Source of the DNA: Deltaproteobacteria bacterium
GTDB taxonomy: Bacteria > Desulfobacterota > Syntrophia > Syntrophales > UBA2210
NCBI GenBank assembly: GCA_016933965.1
Contig: JAFGTS010000034.1
Coordinates: 2,696 to 66,695 of the forward strand
Reading direction: 5' to 3'
DNA: 64,000 nucleotides
Shown piece after piece: positions 41,663-50,768 of this stretch (its first letter is position 1; each line of letters starts with the position of its first letter). Under the pieces are notes generated by a model. The model worked only from the letters and a program-made list of their open reading frames with translations. It was not told the DNA's origin and ran no database searches. The position numbers and the translations under genes are program-made.

Positions 41663-43363
41663 ATGGCGAAAAAGAAAAAGATCATTGTCATCGGGGGATC
41701 GGCGGCGGGGCCGAAGGCCGCCGCCAAGGCACGGCGGTTGGACAACGACGCAGATGTCATCATTCTGCAGAAGGACCCGGACCTTTCCATGGCATCCTGC
41801 GGATACCCCTATTACGTGGGTGGCTATTTCGACGACCGCAACATGCTGCTCTGCACACCCACAGGCGTCACACGGGACCCGCAATTCTACCTCAACGCGA
41901 AGAACATCGACGCGCGGGTCAACTCTGAAGTGACAGAGGTCGACCGGGAGAATCACCGGATAACCTACCGGAACATCCTGACCGGTGCTACGGATACCAT
42001 GGAGTACGACAAGCTTATCTTTGCCGTCGGATCCACACCCCGGATGCCCCCGGTACCCGGTGTGGGACTGAGGGGTATTACCACCCTTCACTCGATGAGG
42101 GACGCTGATCTGCTGAGAAAGATACGGGATAATAAAACGATCAAGAAGGCCGTGGTCATCGGCGGCGGCCTGATCGGTATCGAAACCTGCGAGGCGCTTC
42201 AGCTCGCCGGCATCGAGATCACCGTGATCGAACTGCTGCCGCAACTGCTGACCTTCCTCGATTGGGAACTGGCAAAACTGGTCGAGAACCACGTGAGGGA
42301 GAAGGCCGCCAACGTCATCACCGGCAACGGCATCGCGGAATTTCTCGGTGAGAACGGCACACTGACGGGAGTCAAACTTCAGAACGGCACGGAGCTTCCC
42401 TGCGAGTTGGCCGTCGTTGCCATCGGGGTCAATCCGAACACCGCCCTAGCCCAGGCATCGGGTTTGAAAATAGGCGAACGGGGAGGGGTCGAGGTCAACG
42501 AATACATGCAGACCTCCGACCCCGACATTTATGCCGTCGGCGACTGTATCGAAACCGTCAACCGCATCACCGGGGCCAAGGTGCTGGCACCTTACGGAGA
42601 CCTGGCCAATCTCCAGGGCCGTGTCGCCGGGGAAAACGCCGCGGCGGGGAATTGCGTCACCTTTCCGGGCACCATCCAGACGGGTATCTGCAAGGTCTTC
42701 GATTATGCGGCGGGTTCGACGGGACTTTCGGAAACCGTGGCCACACGGCTCGGATACGAGGATATCATCACTGTCATTAACGCCAGCCCTGACAAGCCGG
42801 GGTTCATGGAAGGCCTCCTGATCGTCACGAAAATGGTGGCCGACAGGAAGACCGGCCGCATCCTGGGCGCCCAGTGCGTGGGTCCCGGTAACGTGAGCAA
42901 ACAGATCGCTCAGTGGGCAATGGCCATCCAGGGCAATCTGACCGTGGAAGACCTCATCAACGCGGATCTCCCTTACGCGCCCCCCTTCTCGCTCGCCATC
43001 GACCACTTCATAGCAACGGCCCATATCATGCAGAACAAGATGAAGGGGCGGTTCAAAGGGATATCAACCGTGGAGGTCAAAAAGAAAGTCGAAGGGGGCG
43101 AGAAACCCTATCTGCTTGATGTGCGGGGTCCCGACGAGTTCGAAGAAATGCGGCTCGGTATCGGCGAAACGCTCATCCCCCTGGGCGCGCTTCGAAAGCG
43201 GCTGAAAGAAATGCCCCCGGACAAGAAACGGGAGATCATCTGCTACTGCAAGATATCCCTCAGGGGATATGAGGCCGCCCTGGTGCTTGAAGCGAACGGG
43301 TGGAAGAACGTGAAGGTCATGGAAGGGGGGATCATGGCCTGGCCCTTTACGCGGGAAAAATAA
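41663..43363 (+). CDS. CoA-disulfide/persulfide reductase with C-terminal rhodanese domain
   Basis: GGSAAG, SMASCGYPYY, GGGLIG.E, LPYAPPFS, rhodanese LLDVR...CYCKISLRGY. Confidence 0.92.
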   Translation: MAKKKKIIVIGGSAAGPKAAAKARRLDNDADVIILQKDPDLSMASCGYPYYVGGYFDDRNMLLCTPTGVTRDPQFYLNAKNIDARVNSEVTEVDRENHRITYRNILTGATDTMEYDKLIFAVGSTPRMPPVPGVGLRGITTLHSMRDADLLRKIRDNKTIKKAVVIGGGLIGIETCEALQLAGIEITVIELLPQLLTFLDWELAKLVENHVREKAANVITGNGIAEFLGENGTLTGVKLQNGTELPCELAVVAIGVNPNTALAQASGLKIGERGGVEVNEYMQTSDPDIYAVGDCIETVNRITGAKVLAPYGDLANLQGRVAGENAAAGNCVTFPGTIQTGICKVFDYAAGSTGLSETVATRLGYEDIITVINASPDKPGFMEGLLIVTKMVADRKTGRILGAQCVGPGNVSKQIAQWAMAIQGNLTVEDLINADLPYAPPFSLAIDHFIATAHIMQNKMKGRFKGISTVEVKKKVEGGEKPYLLDVRGPDEFEEMRLGIGETLIPLGALRKRLKEMPPDKKREIICYCKISLRGYEAALVLEANGWKNVKVMEGGIMAWPFTREK

Positions 43364-43376
43364 ACGCAACAAAGAA

Positions 43377-43406
43377 GCAAAGGGCTGCCGTGAGGCAGCC
43401 CTTTGC
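43377..43406. terminator. Bidirectional terminator
   Basis: GCAAAGGGCTGCC-GTGA-GGCAGCCCTTTGC between convergent genes. Confidence 0.8.
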
Positions 43407-43445
43407 GTTTCATCAGAGGAACGGTGATATGTTCTACTACTACTC

Positions 43446-44150
43446 CTACTCCTCCTCCTCTTCCTCTTTTTTTCCGTTCACGCTTCGCTGGATGATTGAC
43501 TGGATATTACGCTGGAACAACCGCCGCATGATGTAACTGTGCATCGTATCGACCCGTTTCGCTACTTCCAGAGTAAATCGCATGTTCTCATCCCGGGATT
43601 TTCCCTTCACGATCCGCCGGCGCAAGGCCGCCTCGTGTTCCATGATCTCCTTGCCCAGCCGAACGTAAAAATCAAGGTCCTTGAACTCCAATCCCAACTC
43701 CAGGATCTTCTTCAGCAGGTCCCGACCGAAGCGGACGTCCTCCTCATTGAACAGAACACGGCCCTTCTCCTTCACACAGGGCATCAGCAGACCGACACGC
43801 TCCGCATCCCGATATTGTGCCAGCGTCAATCCCGTCCGCTCCAGAAATTCATTGCGGTCAATAAGGTTGTTCGCCGTCCCGAACACCACGTCCTCGATCG
43901 CTTCCGCCTCCTCCAGGCTCATCCCCTCGTCAAGACGCCGCACGATATTCTTGATGATCGACAACGGGAAAAACCGCCGTTCCTGCAGATGTCGAATCGC
44001 CTGGATCTTTTCCACGCAACTCTCATCATAGTATGCCATGCTCTTGTTCACCTTTTCCGGCTCCGGCAATAACCCCTGCCGCACATAGTACCGGATCGTC
44101 GACGGTTGTACCCCGCTGCGCTTTGCTATCTCACCGATTTTCAACGCCAT
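43446..44150 (-). CDS. MerR-family transcriptional regulator with a second HTH-like domain
   Basis: LKIGEIAKRSGV..STIRYY.RQGLLP; second segment IDRNEFLERTGLTLAQYRDAERVGLL. Confidence 0.9.
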   Translation of the reverse strand: MALKIGEIAKRSGVQPSTIRYYVRQGLLPEPEKVNKSMAYYDESCVEKIQAIRHLQERRFFPLSIIKNIVRRLDEGMSLEEAEAIEDVVFGTANNLIDRNEFLERTGLTLAQYRDAERVGLLMPCVKEKGRVLFNEEDVRFGRDLLKKILELGLEFKDLDFYVRLGKEIMEHEAALRRRIVKGKSRDENMRFTLEVAKRVDTMHSYIMRRLFQRNIQSIIQRSVNGKKEEEEEE

Positions 44151-44240
44151 ATAACCCTCAAGCTCCTCTCGTGTTCCACCTGAACACCTATAAACTATTC
44201 TCTTCGCCCTGTCAAAGACCTTCATCAACCGAAATATCCC

Positions 44241-44296
44241 TTGACAGGGGCGTCGCTTTCCATATAGTAAAGTATAAAGTAATGCTTTAAGATAAG
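44241..44296 (+). promoter_or_regulatory. Sigma70-like promoter with operator site 6 (divergent merR/fadH region)
   Basis: TTGACA at 44241, TATAGT at 44263; TAAAG-TA-TAAAG-TAATG-CTTTA-AG at 44268-44291; back-to-back TTGACA on the minus strand at 44215. Confidence 0.75.
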
Positions 44297-44367
44297 CAAG
44301 TCTAAAATTACAACTTTGACGTTACCATTACCAACCGCATGGAACGTATGGAAGCAGAGAGGAGCGG

Positions 44368-46383
44368 ATGATGGAGTACAAGCGGCTTTTTGAGCCCATT
44401 ACGATACAGGGACTCATAATACCGAACAGGATCGTCATGCCCGCCATGGGTCTTGCCTATACCGACGATTATACGTTTAACGACCGGTTCGCGGCCTTCT
44501 ACCGCGAGCGTGCGCGGGGAGGCGTGGGATTGATGATCGTGGGACCCATCGCCATTGATGAGGTCGGCGCCGCCCCCTTCATGCCGGGACTGTTCGACGG
44601 GAGAAACATGGAGTCCCTGAAGCGGTTCATCGAGGAAATTCACCAGGATACAGAGACGAAGGTCGCGACACAGCTGTTCCACATGGGACGCAACGCCTCT
44701 TCCCTGTTCACCGGCAGGACACCGGTGGCGCCGTCCGCCGTGCCCAGCCAACTGACCGGTGAAATGCCCCGCGAGATGTCACGGGACGATATCGAAGAAA
44801 CACAGACGTCATTCGTGAAAGCGGCCCTGCGTGCCAAAGAGGCGGGCTTTGATTTTATCGAGATAATCGCCTGCACGGGGTATCTGATCAGCCAGTTCCT
44901 CTCTCCCGTGACCAACAGGCGTTCCGACGAGTACGGCGGCCCCTTCGAAAACAGGATGCGTTTCGGGCTCGAGGTCGTATCGAGTGTCAGGGCAGCCGTG
45001 GGAAAGAACTTTCCGCTGGGAATCAGGATCGCCGGCAACGATTTTATCAAGGGAGGACATACAAATGCCGAGCAGGCGCTTTTCGCCGCCGAGGCCGAGA
45101 AGGCCGGCATAGACGCGATCAATGTTACCGGCGGGTGGCACGAGACGAATATTCCCCAGTTGACGACGAACGTCCCCCCCGGCGCATACGTCTATCTTGC
45201 CCGGGGAGTAAAGGAAAAGGTGACGATTCCCGTTTTCGCGTCAAACCGGCTGGGAGACCCGGCGGTGGCCGAGCGCGCCCTGAGAAGCGATTCCTGTGAC
45301 ATGATCTGCATGGGTCGGCCGCTCATAGCCGATCCGGAGCTCCCCGTAAAGGCCCGGGACGGCCGCCGTGATGAGATCGTGTCGTGCATCGCCTGTAATC
45401 AGGGCTGCTTCGACGCCCTGTTCTCGGGCTTTTCCGTGTCCTGCGTCCTGAATCCGCGGGCAGGCCGGGAAAATGAACTGATCGAGACCCCCGCCCGGCA
45501 CAGCAGGAACATTCTTGTCGCCGGCGGCGGCCCTGCCGGTATGGAGTTCGCCCTGACCGCGGCCCGGCGAGGACATTCGGTCACCCTCTGCGAAAAGGAA
45601 CCCGAACTGGGAGGGCAGATCAATCTGGCCATGACGCCTCCGGGGAAGGCGGAATTCGGGAACATGATCGGCGGCATGAAGCGACGAATGGAACGGGCCG
45701 GCGTAACGGTGCGCACACACACGGAGGTGACCCCCGAAATGCTTCAAAACGGCGGGAGACCCTACGATCTCGTCGCTGTTGCCACGGGAGCCGAACCCAT
45801 TGAGATATCCGTTCCCGGGATCGACAAACCGCATGTGGTCGGCGCCTGGGATGTGTTAAGTGAAAAGGTCCACCGCATCGGACGGAACGTGGTGGTCGTG
45901 GGCGGCAGCGCCACCGGCTGTGAAACGGCGTATTTCATAGCCGCCATGGGGACGGTGAACGCCGCCGTGTTCACTCACCTGATGTACCATGAAGCGGAAG
46001 AAGGTGATCTCGCCCGCGCCCTTCTCCGTGACACGGGAAGAACCATAACCGTCATCGACATGGTCGATCGGATGGCCGATAACGTGGGTCGTACCGCTCG
46101 CTGGTCCCTCTTGAAGAGCCTTAAGCTCATGGGAATCACCATGAAAACGGAAACGCGGCTGATCGAAATAGGGGACGACGAGGTGATCGCCGAATCCAGG
46201 GGGGAACTTCTGAAGATCCCCGCCGACACGGTTGTGATCGCCGTGGGTTCCCGGTCTCTTGACAGGCTCACCGATCTGTGCAAGGAAAAGGGACTCGCGA
46301 CGATCTCCATCGGTGACGCCCGGCAACCCCGGAAAATAACCGACGCTATCCGCGAGGGATTTGAGGCCGCACTCTCTCTGTAA
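44368..46383 (+). CDS. fadH: 2,4-dienoyl-CoA reductase-like flavo-FeS enzyme (FadH/BaiCD OYE family)
   Basis: PNRIVMPAM, GYLISQFLSP.TN.R.DEYGG, GWHE, CIACNQGC, GGGPAG. Confidence 0.85.
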   Translation: MMEYKRLFEPITIQGLIIPNRIVMPAMGLAYTDDYTFNDRFAAFYRERARGGVGLMIVGPIAIDEVGAAPFMPGLFDGRNMESLKRFIEEIHQDTETKVATQLFHMGRNASSLFTGRTPVAPSAVPSQLTGEMPREMSRDDIEETQTSFVKAALRAKEAGFDFIEIIACTGYLISQFLSPVTNRRSDEYGGPFENRMRFGLEVVSSVRAAVGKNFPLGIRIAGNDFIKGGHTNAEQALFAAEAEKAGIDAINVTGGWHETNIPQLTTNVPPGAYVYLARGVKEKVTIPVFASNRLGDPAVAERALRSDSCDMICMGRPLIADPELPVKARDGRRDEIVSCIACNQGCFDALFSGFSVSCVLNPRAGRENELIETPARHSRNILVAGGGPAGMEFALTAARRGHSVTLCEKEPELGGQINLAMTPPGKAEFGNMIGGMKRRMERAGVTVRTHTEVTPEMLQNGGRPYDLVAVATGAEPIEISVPGIDKPHVVGAWDVLSEKVHRIGRNVVVVGGSATGCETAYFIAAMGTVNAAVFTHLMYHEAEEGDLARALLRDTGRTITVIDMVDRMADNVGRTARWSLLKSLKLMGITMKTETRLIEIGDDEVIAESRGELLKIPADTVVIAVGSRSLDRLTDLCKEKGLATISIGDARQPRKITDAIREGFEAALSL

Positions 46384-46407
46384 GGACTTGAAGGAAAGGG
46401 CTTACCG

Positions 46408-47136
46408 ATGAAATCATTCGAGTACCAGGACCTGCTCTTTGCGGCGATACTCCCGGGCAACAAGGTGTCCACGCACAGCGCGCCGGGCGATGCCGTCCTG
46501 ATCGATCTCGATCTCGGCATCCTTGCCGTCGCCGACGGACCGGAACGCAACCCGTCGGCATCTGCCTGTTTTCTCGAACGGTTTCATGCCCTGGCGGGAG
46601 CGTCGACATCGTTCGACCCGGACGGGCGGTCCCTGGATACGCATTTCGAGTCCATCGTCGCCGAAACGAACGATCTTCTCCTGGCTACCAGCTACCACGA
46701 GAACACCACGTTCTCGGCCCTCATAATCGGCGGGGACAACCGCGCCGTGCTGCTCCATACGGGCGATAGCCTCGTATACCTCATCTCCGGAACGGACCGG
46801 CGCGTGACACAGATCAGCAGATCGAACCATTTCATGGTGGGACGGGCCCCCCGGCTGTTCCAGACCGAGGTCCTGACCGTTACCGGGAGTGACCTGGTAT
46901 TGCTGGCAACGGACGGCCTGACGGACCTGGCACGCTGTCACAAACTTCCCGTTGATCGTTTCCTGCTGCACGGGCTCAACGGCGGCGGGCCGCGGTATCT
47001 TTCGGACAGCATTATCGCCCGCTCTGGGACCGTCGAGGTCGATCTTGACGATCTGTCGATAATCGTCGCGGATCCTCGATCGGTCAGGTCCGGCGTGTCC
47101 CATCCCGCCAGAAGAAAAAAATTGCTGCGCTACTGA
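46408..47136 (+). CDS. PP2C/PPM-family phosphatase-like protein
   Basis: LAVADG, TTFSAL, HTGDS, LLATDGL, DDLSII. Confidence 0.8.
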   Translation: MKSFEYQDLLFAAILPGNKVSTHSAPGDAVLIDLDLGILAVADGPERNPSASACFLERFHALAGASTSFDPDGRSLDTHFESIVAETNDLLLATSYHENTTFSALIIGGDNRAVLLHTGDSLVYLISGTDRRVTQISRSNHFMVGRAPRLFQTEVLTVTGSDLVLLATDGLTDLARCHKLPVDRFLLHGLNGGGPRYLSDSIIARSGTVEVDLDDLSIIVADPRSVRSGVSHPARRKKLLRY

Positions 47137-47198
47137 GAACTCCGTTCCATCCTCGGGAAAAACGGCACCAGAGGGGTACATGGCGGAGTTGCCGGCGA

Positions 47199-48887
47199 TC
47201 AGGCGTGTCCCGTGTCCGAGCCGGCCATCGCCTTGTATTGCTCCTTCACCTCGCGACGCAGGATCTTGCCCACGTTACTCTTGGGAAGCTCCTTCACGAA
47301 AATGACCTCCCGGGGCACCTTGTAAGGGGCGAGCTTTTCCTTGCAGTACTGCATGACCTCTTCCGCGGTCAGTGATTCCCCCTCTTTCACGACAATGAAG
47401 GCCTTTACCGTTTCCCCCCGGTAAGAGTCCGCCACGCCGAAAGAACAGGCTTCCAGTATCTTCGGGTGGTCGAAGAGGATGTTGTCTATTTCGACAGGAT
47501 AGATATTGTATCCTCCCGCAATGATCATGTCCTTTATGCGATCCACGATGCTGAGGTAGCCGTCCTCGTCAAAAAATCCCACGTCGCCCGTGTGAAGCCA
47601 TCCATCCTTTAAAACCTTGTTCGTTTCCTCCGGTTTCTTGTAATAGCCCATCATGATCTGGGGACCCTTGATACAGACCTCCCCCGTTTCACCGAGGGGA
47701 AGTTCCTTTTCTCCGGTCTCGAGATCGAGGATCCTGATGTCGGTGTCGGGAACGGGAATTCCCACGGTCCCCGGTTTTATCACCCCCTTCCAGGGGGTTA
47801 CCGTCGCGATGGGGCTTGTCTCCGTCTGCCCGTAAACCTCGCACATGGTCGCACCGGTGAGGTCCTTCAGGTCCTTGATCGTGTCGGCCGCCAGGGGTGC
47901 CGCCCCGGAAAAGAACCCCTTGATGAAACCGAGGTCCATCTTCCTGAACTCGGGCTCGGCGAGCAATCCCACGAAAATAGTAGGCGCCCCCGGGATAAAG
48001 GTCGGCTTGTATTTTTTAATGAGGTCTATGATCCCTTTCGGGTCCGGACGCGGGATCATGAGATGCTCGTAGGCCTGCCAGACAAAGAAGTTCTGGACCG
48101 CCGTAAATCCCGCTGTATGGAACACGGGAAACGTTCCCACCAGGCGTTCTTCACCGGGATTGAGGTCCGGGAACCAGGCAATGAACTGCTGGACATTACA
48201 ACTGAGATTCTTGTGGCTGAGCATCACACCCTTGCTGACGCCCGTCGTTCCCCCCGTATACACGATGGCGGCAAGTTCCTCCCATTCCGTCGCGTCCGCG
48301 ACGGGATCGTCCGGGTACCGGTCGATCAGGTCCTTGAACACCATGACCTGATCGGTTGTCTCGATCTTTTTGTACATCTCCTTCTTGACGAAGGGAAACA
48401 GCTGTTTCTTCGGGAAGGGGAGGTAACTGTTGATATGGCAGCCGATGACCTTTCGCACCTTCGTCCCCGGCATGATCTTGAGAATGCGGGGGACCAGGAG
48501 TGTCAGCGTTATGGCAAGAACAGAATCCGAGTCGTCAAGCTGATACTGGAGTTCCCGTTCCGTATAGAGGGGATTGTTCTGAACCGCGACGGCGCCGATG
48601 CGGAAGATCGCCAGGTTCGCGATGATCGTCTGGGGAAGGTTGGGCATGATCACCGCCACCTTGTCTCCCTTCTTGACCCCCAGGTCCAGAAGGACCCGGG
48701 CAAACCTGTTGACCAGGCCGTTGAGCTCCCGGTAGGTTATCCTCCTGCCCATGTAATTCAGGGCGGTCACCGCGGGAAATCGCTTCGCCGAATTCTCCAG
48801 CGCTTGGGAAATACTGATCTTTTGATAGTCCAGAGACGGCTTCACCCCCGGAACATAGGACTTGTGCCAGAACCGTTCAAAGCTCAT
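47199..48887 (-). CDS. Long-chain fatty-acid--CoA ligase
   Basis: YTGGTTGVSKG, YGQTE, GWLHTGD, PKSNVGKILRR. Confidence 0.95.
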   Translation of the reverse strand: MSFERFWHKSYVPGVKPSLDYQKISISQALENSAKRFPAVTALNYMGRRITYRELNGLVNRFARVLLDLGVKKGDKVAVIMPNLPQTIIANLAIFRIGAVAVQNNPLYTERELQYQLDDSDSVLAITLTLLVPRILKIMPGTKVRKVIGCHINSYLPFPKKQLFPFVKKEMYKKIETTDQVMVFKDLIDRYPDDPVADATEWEELAAIVYTGGTTGVSKGVMLSHKNLSCNVQQFIAWFPDLNPGEERLVGTFPVFHTAGFTAVQNFFVWQAYEHLMIPRPDPKGIIDLIKKYKPTFIPGAPTIFVGLLAEPEFRKMDLGFIKGFFSGAAPLAADTIKDLKDLTGATMCEVYGQTETSPIATVTPWKGVIKPGTVGIPVPDTDIRILDLETGEKELPLGETGEVCIKGPQIMMGYYKKPEETNKVLKDGWLHTGDVGFFDEDGYLSIVDRIKDMIIAGGYNIYPVEIDNILFDHPKILEACSFGVADSYRGETVKAFIVVKEGESLTAEEVMQYCKEKLAPYKVPREVIFVKELPKSNVGKILRREVKEQYKAMAGSDTGHA

Positions 48888-49164
48888 GGAAACCCTCCTT
48901 TTCAACCCGGCGCGCCGTGGCGCTGCCGTTATAGTTCATGCCATTCTTTCACGCTCATGCCGTCGTGATGTTTTCTTCGGGGAAATTCCCGAGCTTACAT
49001 CAGCACCGGCTTTACCATCTCTATTTACCGGCCGGTGCGGTGCATTCCCGCACGGCACCGGCGGATCACACGACAGAACATATTCAGAACGCGAACATCG
49101 GGAGGATCTTCGCAATAACACCATCATCGCGCAGGACGCTCTAGCTATTGATGATCAAACCACC

Positions 49165-49935
49165 CTATGATTTCATTTTAGATTTGAAAAACCGTTCTCC
49201 CGCCTCCTTGACGGCATCGGTCTGGACCATGATCGCCTGCTGGGCCGCTTCCCATTCAAGCACCTCCGGCAGGGTCATGTCAAAACTCTTTTCCAGGCTG
49301 CTCTTGATGAGGGCCACGGCGCCGGGAGGTTTCTTCGCGAGACGCCGGGCGAGGGCATGTACCGCCTCATCAAGCTCATTATCAGGGCAGGCACGGTATA
49401 TGAGGCCGCACTCGGCGGCAGTCCGCCCGTCTAACATCTCCCCCAGGAGGGCCAATTCCCGTGCCTTCACCATACCGACCAGGCGTGGGAGAAAGTAGGT
49501 CCCTCCGCTGTCCAGAACGAGCCCATGGTTGACAAAAACTTCCCGGAATCGGGCACTTTCCCCTGCCAGAACGAAATCGCCGGCAAGGGCGATATTGATA
49601 CCGCCACCCACCGCCATTCCCCGCACCTTTGTTATGACCGGTTGAGGTATCTCTCTCATGGTCAGAATAACACGGTGCAGCTTCTTCATGGCCATCTGCC
49701 AGAAAGGAGCGGAAAGGCCTTCCGTGAACCGCGCCATGGAAGCCCCGGTACAGAAGTTCCCGCCTGCGCCCTCAATGACGACTACATGGACCTCCTCGTT
49801 CGGCGCGAGGGCGTCGAGGGCCTTCTGGAAATCGTCGATCATGTCAAGATCAAGGGCATTCATCATTTCCGGCCGGTTCATGACGATCGTCGCAATTGTC
49901 TCATCCACGCTCACCAGTATTCTTTCTTCGGACAT
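49165..49935 (-). CDS. Crotonase-family protein (PaaG-like isomerase type)
   Basis: NRPEMMNAL, FCTGA, AVGGGINIALAGD, FVNHGLVLDSGG (no catalytic Glu pair). Confidence 0.88.
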   Translation of the reverse strand: MSEERILVSVDETIATIVMNRPEMMNALDLDMIDDFQKALDALAPNEEVHVVVIEGAGGNFCTGASMARFTEGLSAPFWQMAMKKLHRVILTMREIPQPVITKVRGMAVGGGINIALAGDFVLAGESARFREVFVNHGLVLDSGGTYFLPRLVGMVKARELALLGEMLDGRTAAECGLIYRACPDNELDEAVHALARRLAKKPPGAVALIKSSLEKSFDMTLPEVLEWEAAQQAIMVQTDAVKEAGERFFKSKMKS

Positions 49936-50326
49936 GAATCCCTCCTTTTCTTCTCCTGCAGTACTCACCCGCTCATTCATCCTCTTTGAAAGAGCACAGC
50001 ATTCCCCTCGGGGGAATACGAGACCAGGTTGTCATGTCTATGTTCCGGCAGGACACCGGATCGGGGAGTTCTTCAGATGTTCCCTCTTATGGCCACTATA
50101 GGTAACACATTCACGCTGCGGATACAAATGATTCCTTCAGAAAAGAGTGTTTTTCACAGCCCCGGTGACCCGGCAGGTGTGCGGACATTTGTCTCATGTT
50201 TCAAAAAATATTATTTTGGGGCTCATCTCCGAAGAAGTTACTGTCTTTTTCGGGATTCAAGAGATCTGGGGTTCAATGATCCGAGTGAAAAACCGGGTCA
50301 TTTCACATGAGAGTTTTTAGTGTGAT

Positions 50327-50737
50327 CTACATATTTGTATTTGTCAGCATACGGACGCACGCAACGACCTCTGCCATGGAACACCCCGGCGGAAAAATCT
50401 CACATACGCCGTTTCTTTTAAGCTTTTCCGCGTCTTCCGGCGGGATGATCCCGCCGACAATAATGGGAATGTTCTGTAGCCCTTTTTCCTTCAGGCTCTC
50501 TATGATCCGGGGGACCAAGGTCATATGGCCGCCTGAGAAGATCGAGAGGCCGATCACATCGACGCTTTCCTGTTCTGCTGCCTGCGCAACCTGATCAGGA
50601 GTTACCTGAAGCCCAAGAAAAACAACCTCGATCCCTGAATCCCGCAATGCCTGTGCGACCACATAGACACCGCGATCATGACCATCAAGTCCCGGTTTTG
50701 CAAGAAGTACTCTCACGCGTGGATCGTTCTTACTCAT
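50327..50737 (-). CDS. Acyl-CoA mutase small (cobalamin-binding) subunit
   Basis: AKPGLDGHDRG (DxHxxG), GLSIFSGGH, VGGIIP. Confidence 0.93.
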   Translation of the reverse strand: MSKNDPRVRVLLAKPGLDGHDRGVYVVAQALRDSGIEVVFLGLQVTPDQVAQAAEQESVDVIGLSIFSGGHMTLVPRIIESLKEKGLQNIPIIVGGIIPPEDAEKLKRNGVCEIFPPGCSMAEVVACVRMLTNTNM

Positions 50738-50768
50738 GTTCTGACCTCTCACATAGGAATTCTGCAAC

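Noticed and set aside
48906-50320. Short hairpins near 48977 and 50001 as possible riboswitch (cobalamin) or ncRNA
   Set aside because: No B12-box or other conserved riboswitch core could be recognised, and they lie downstream of the mutase genes
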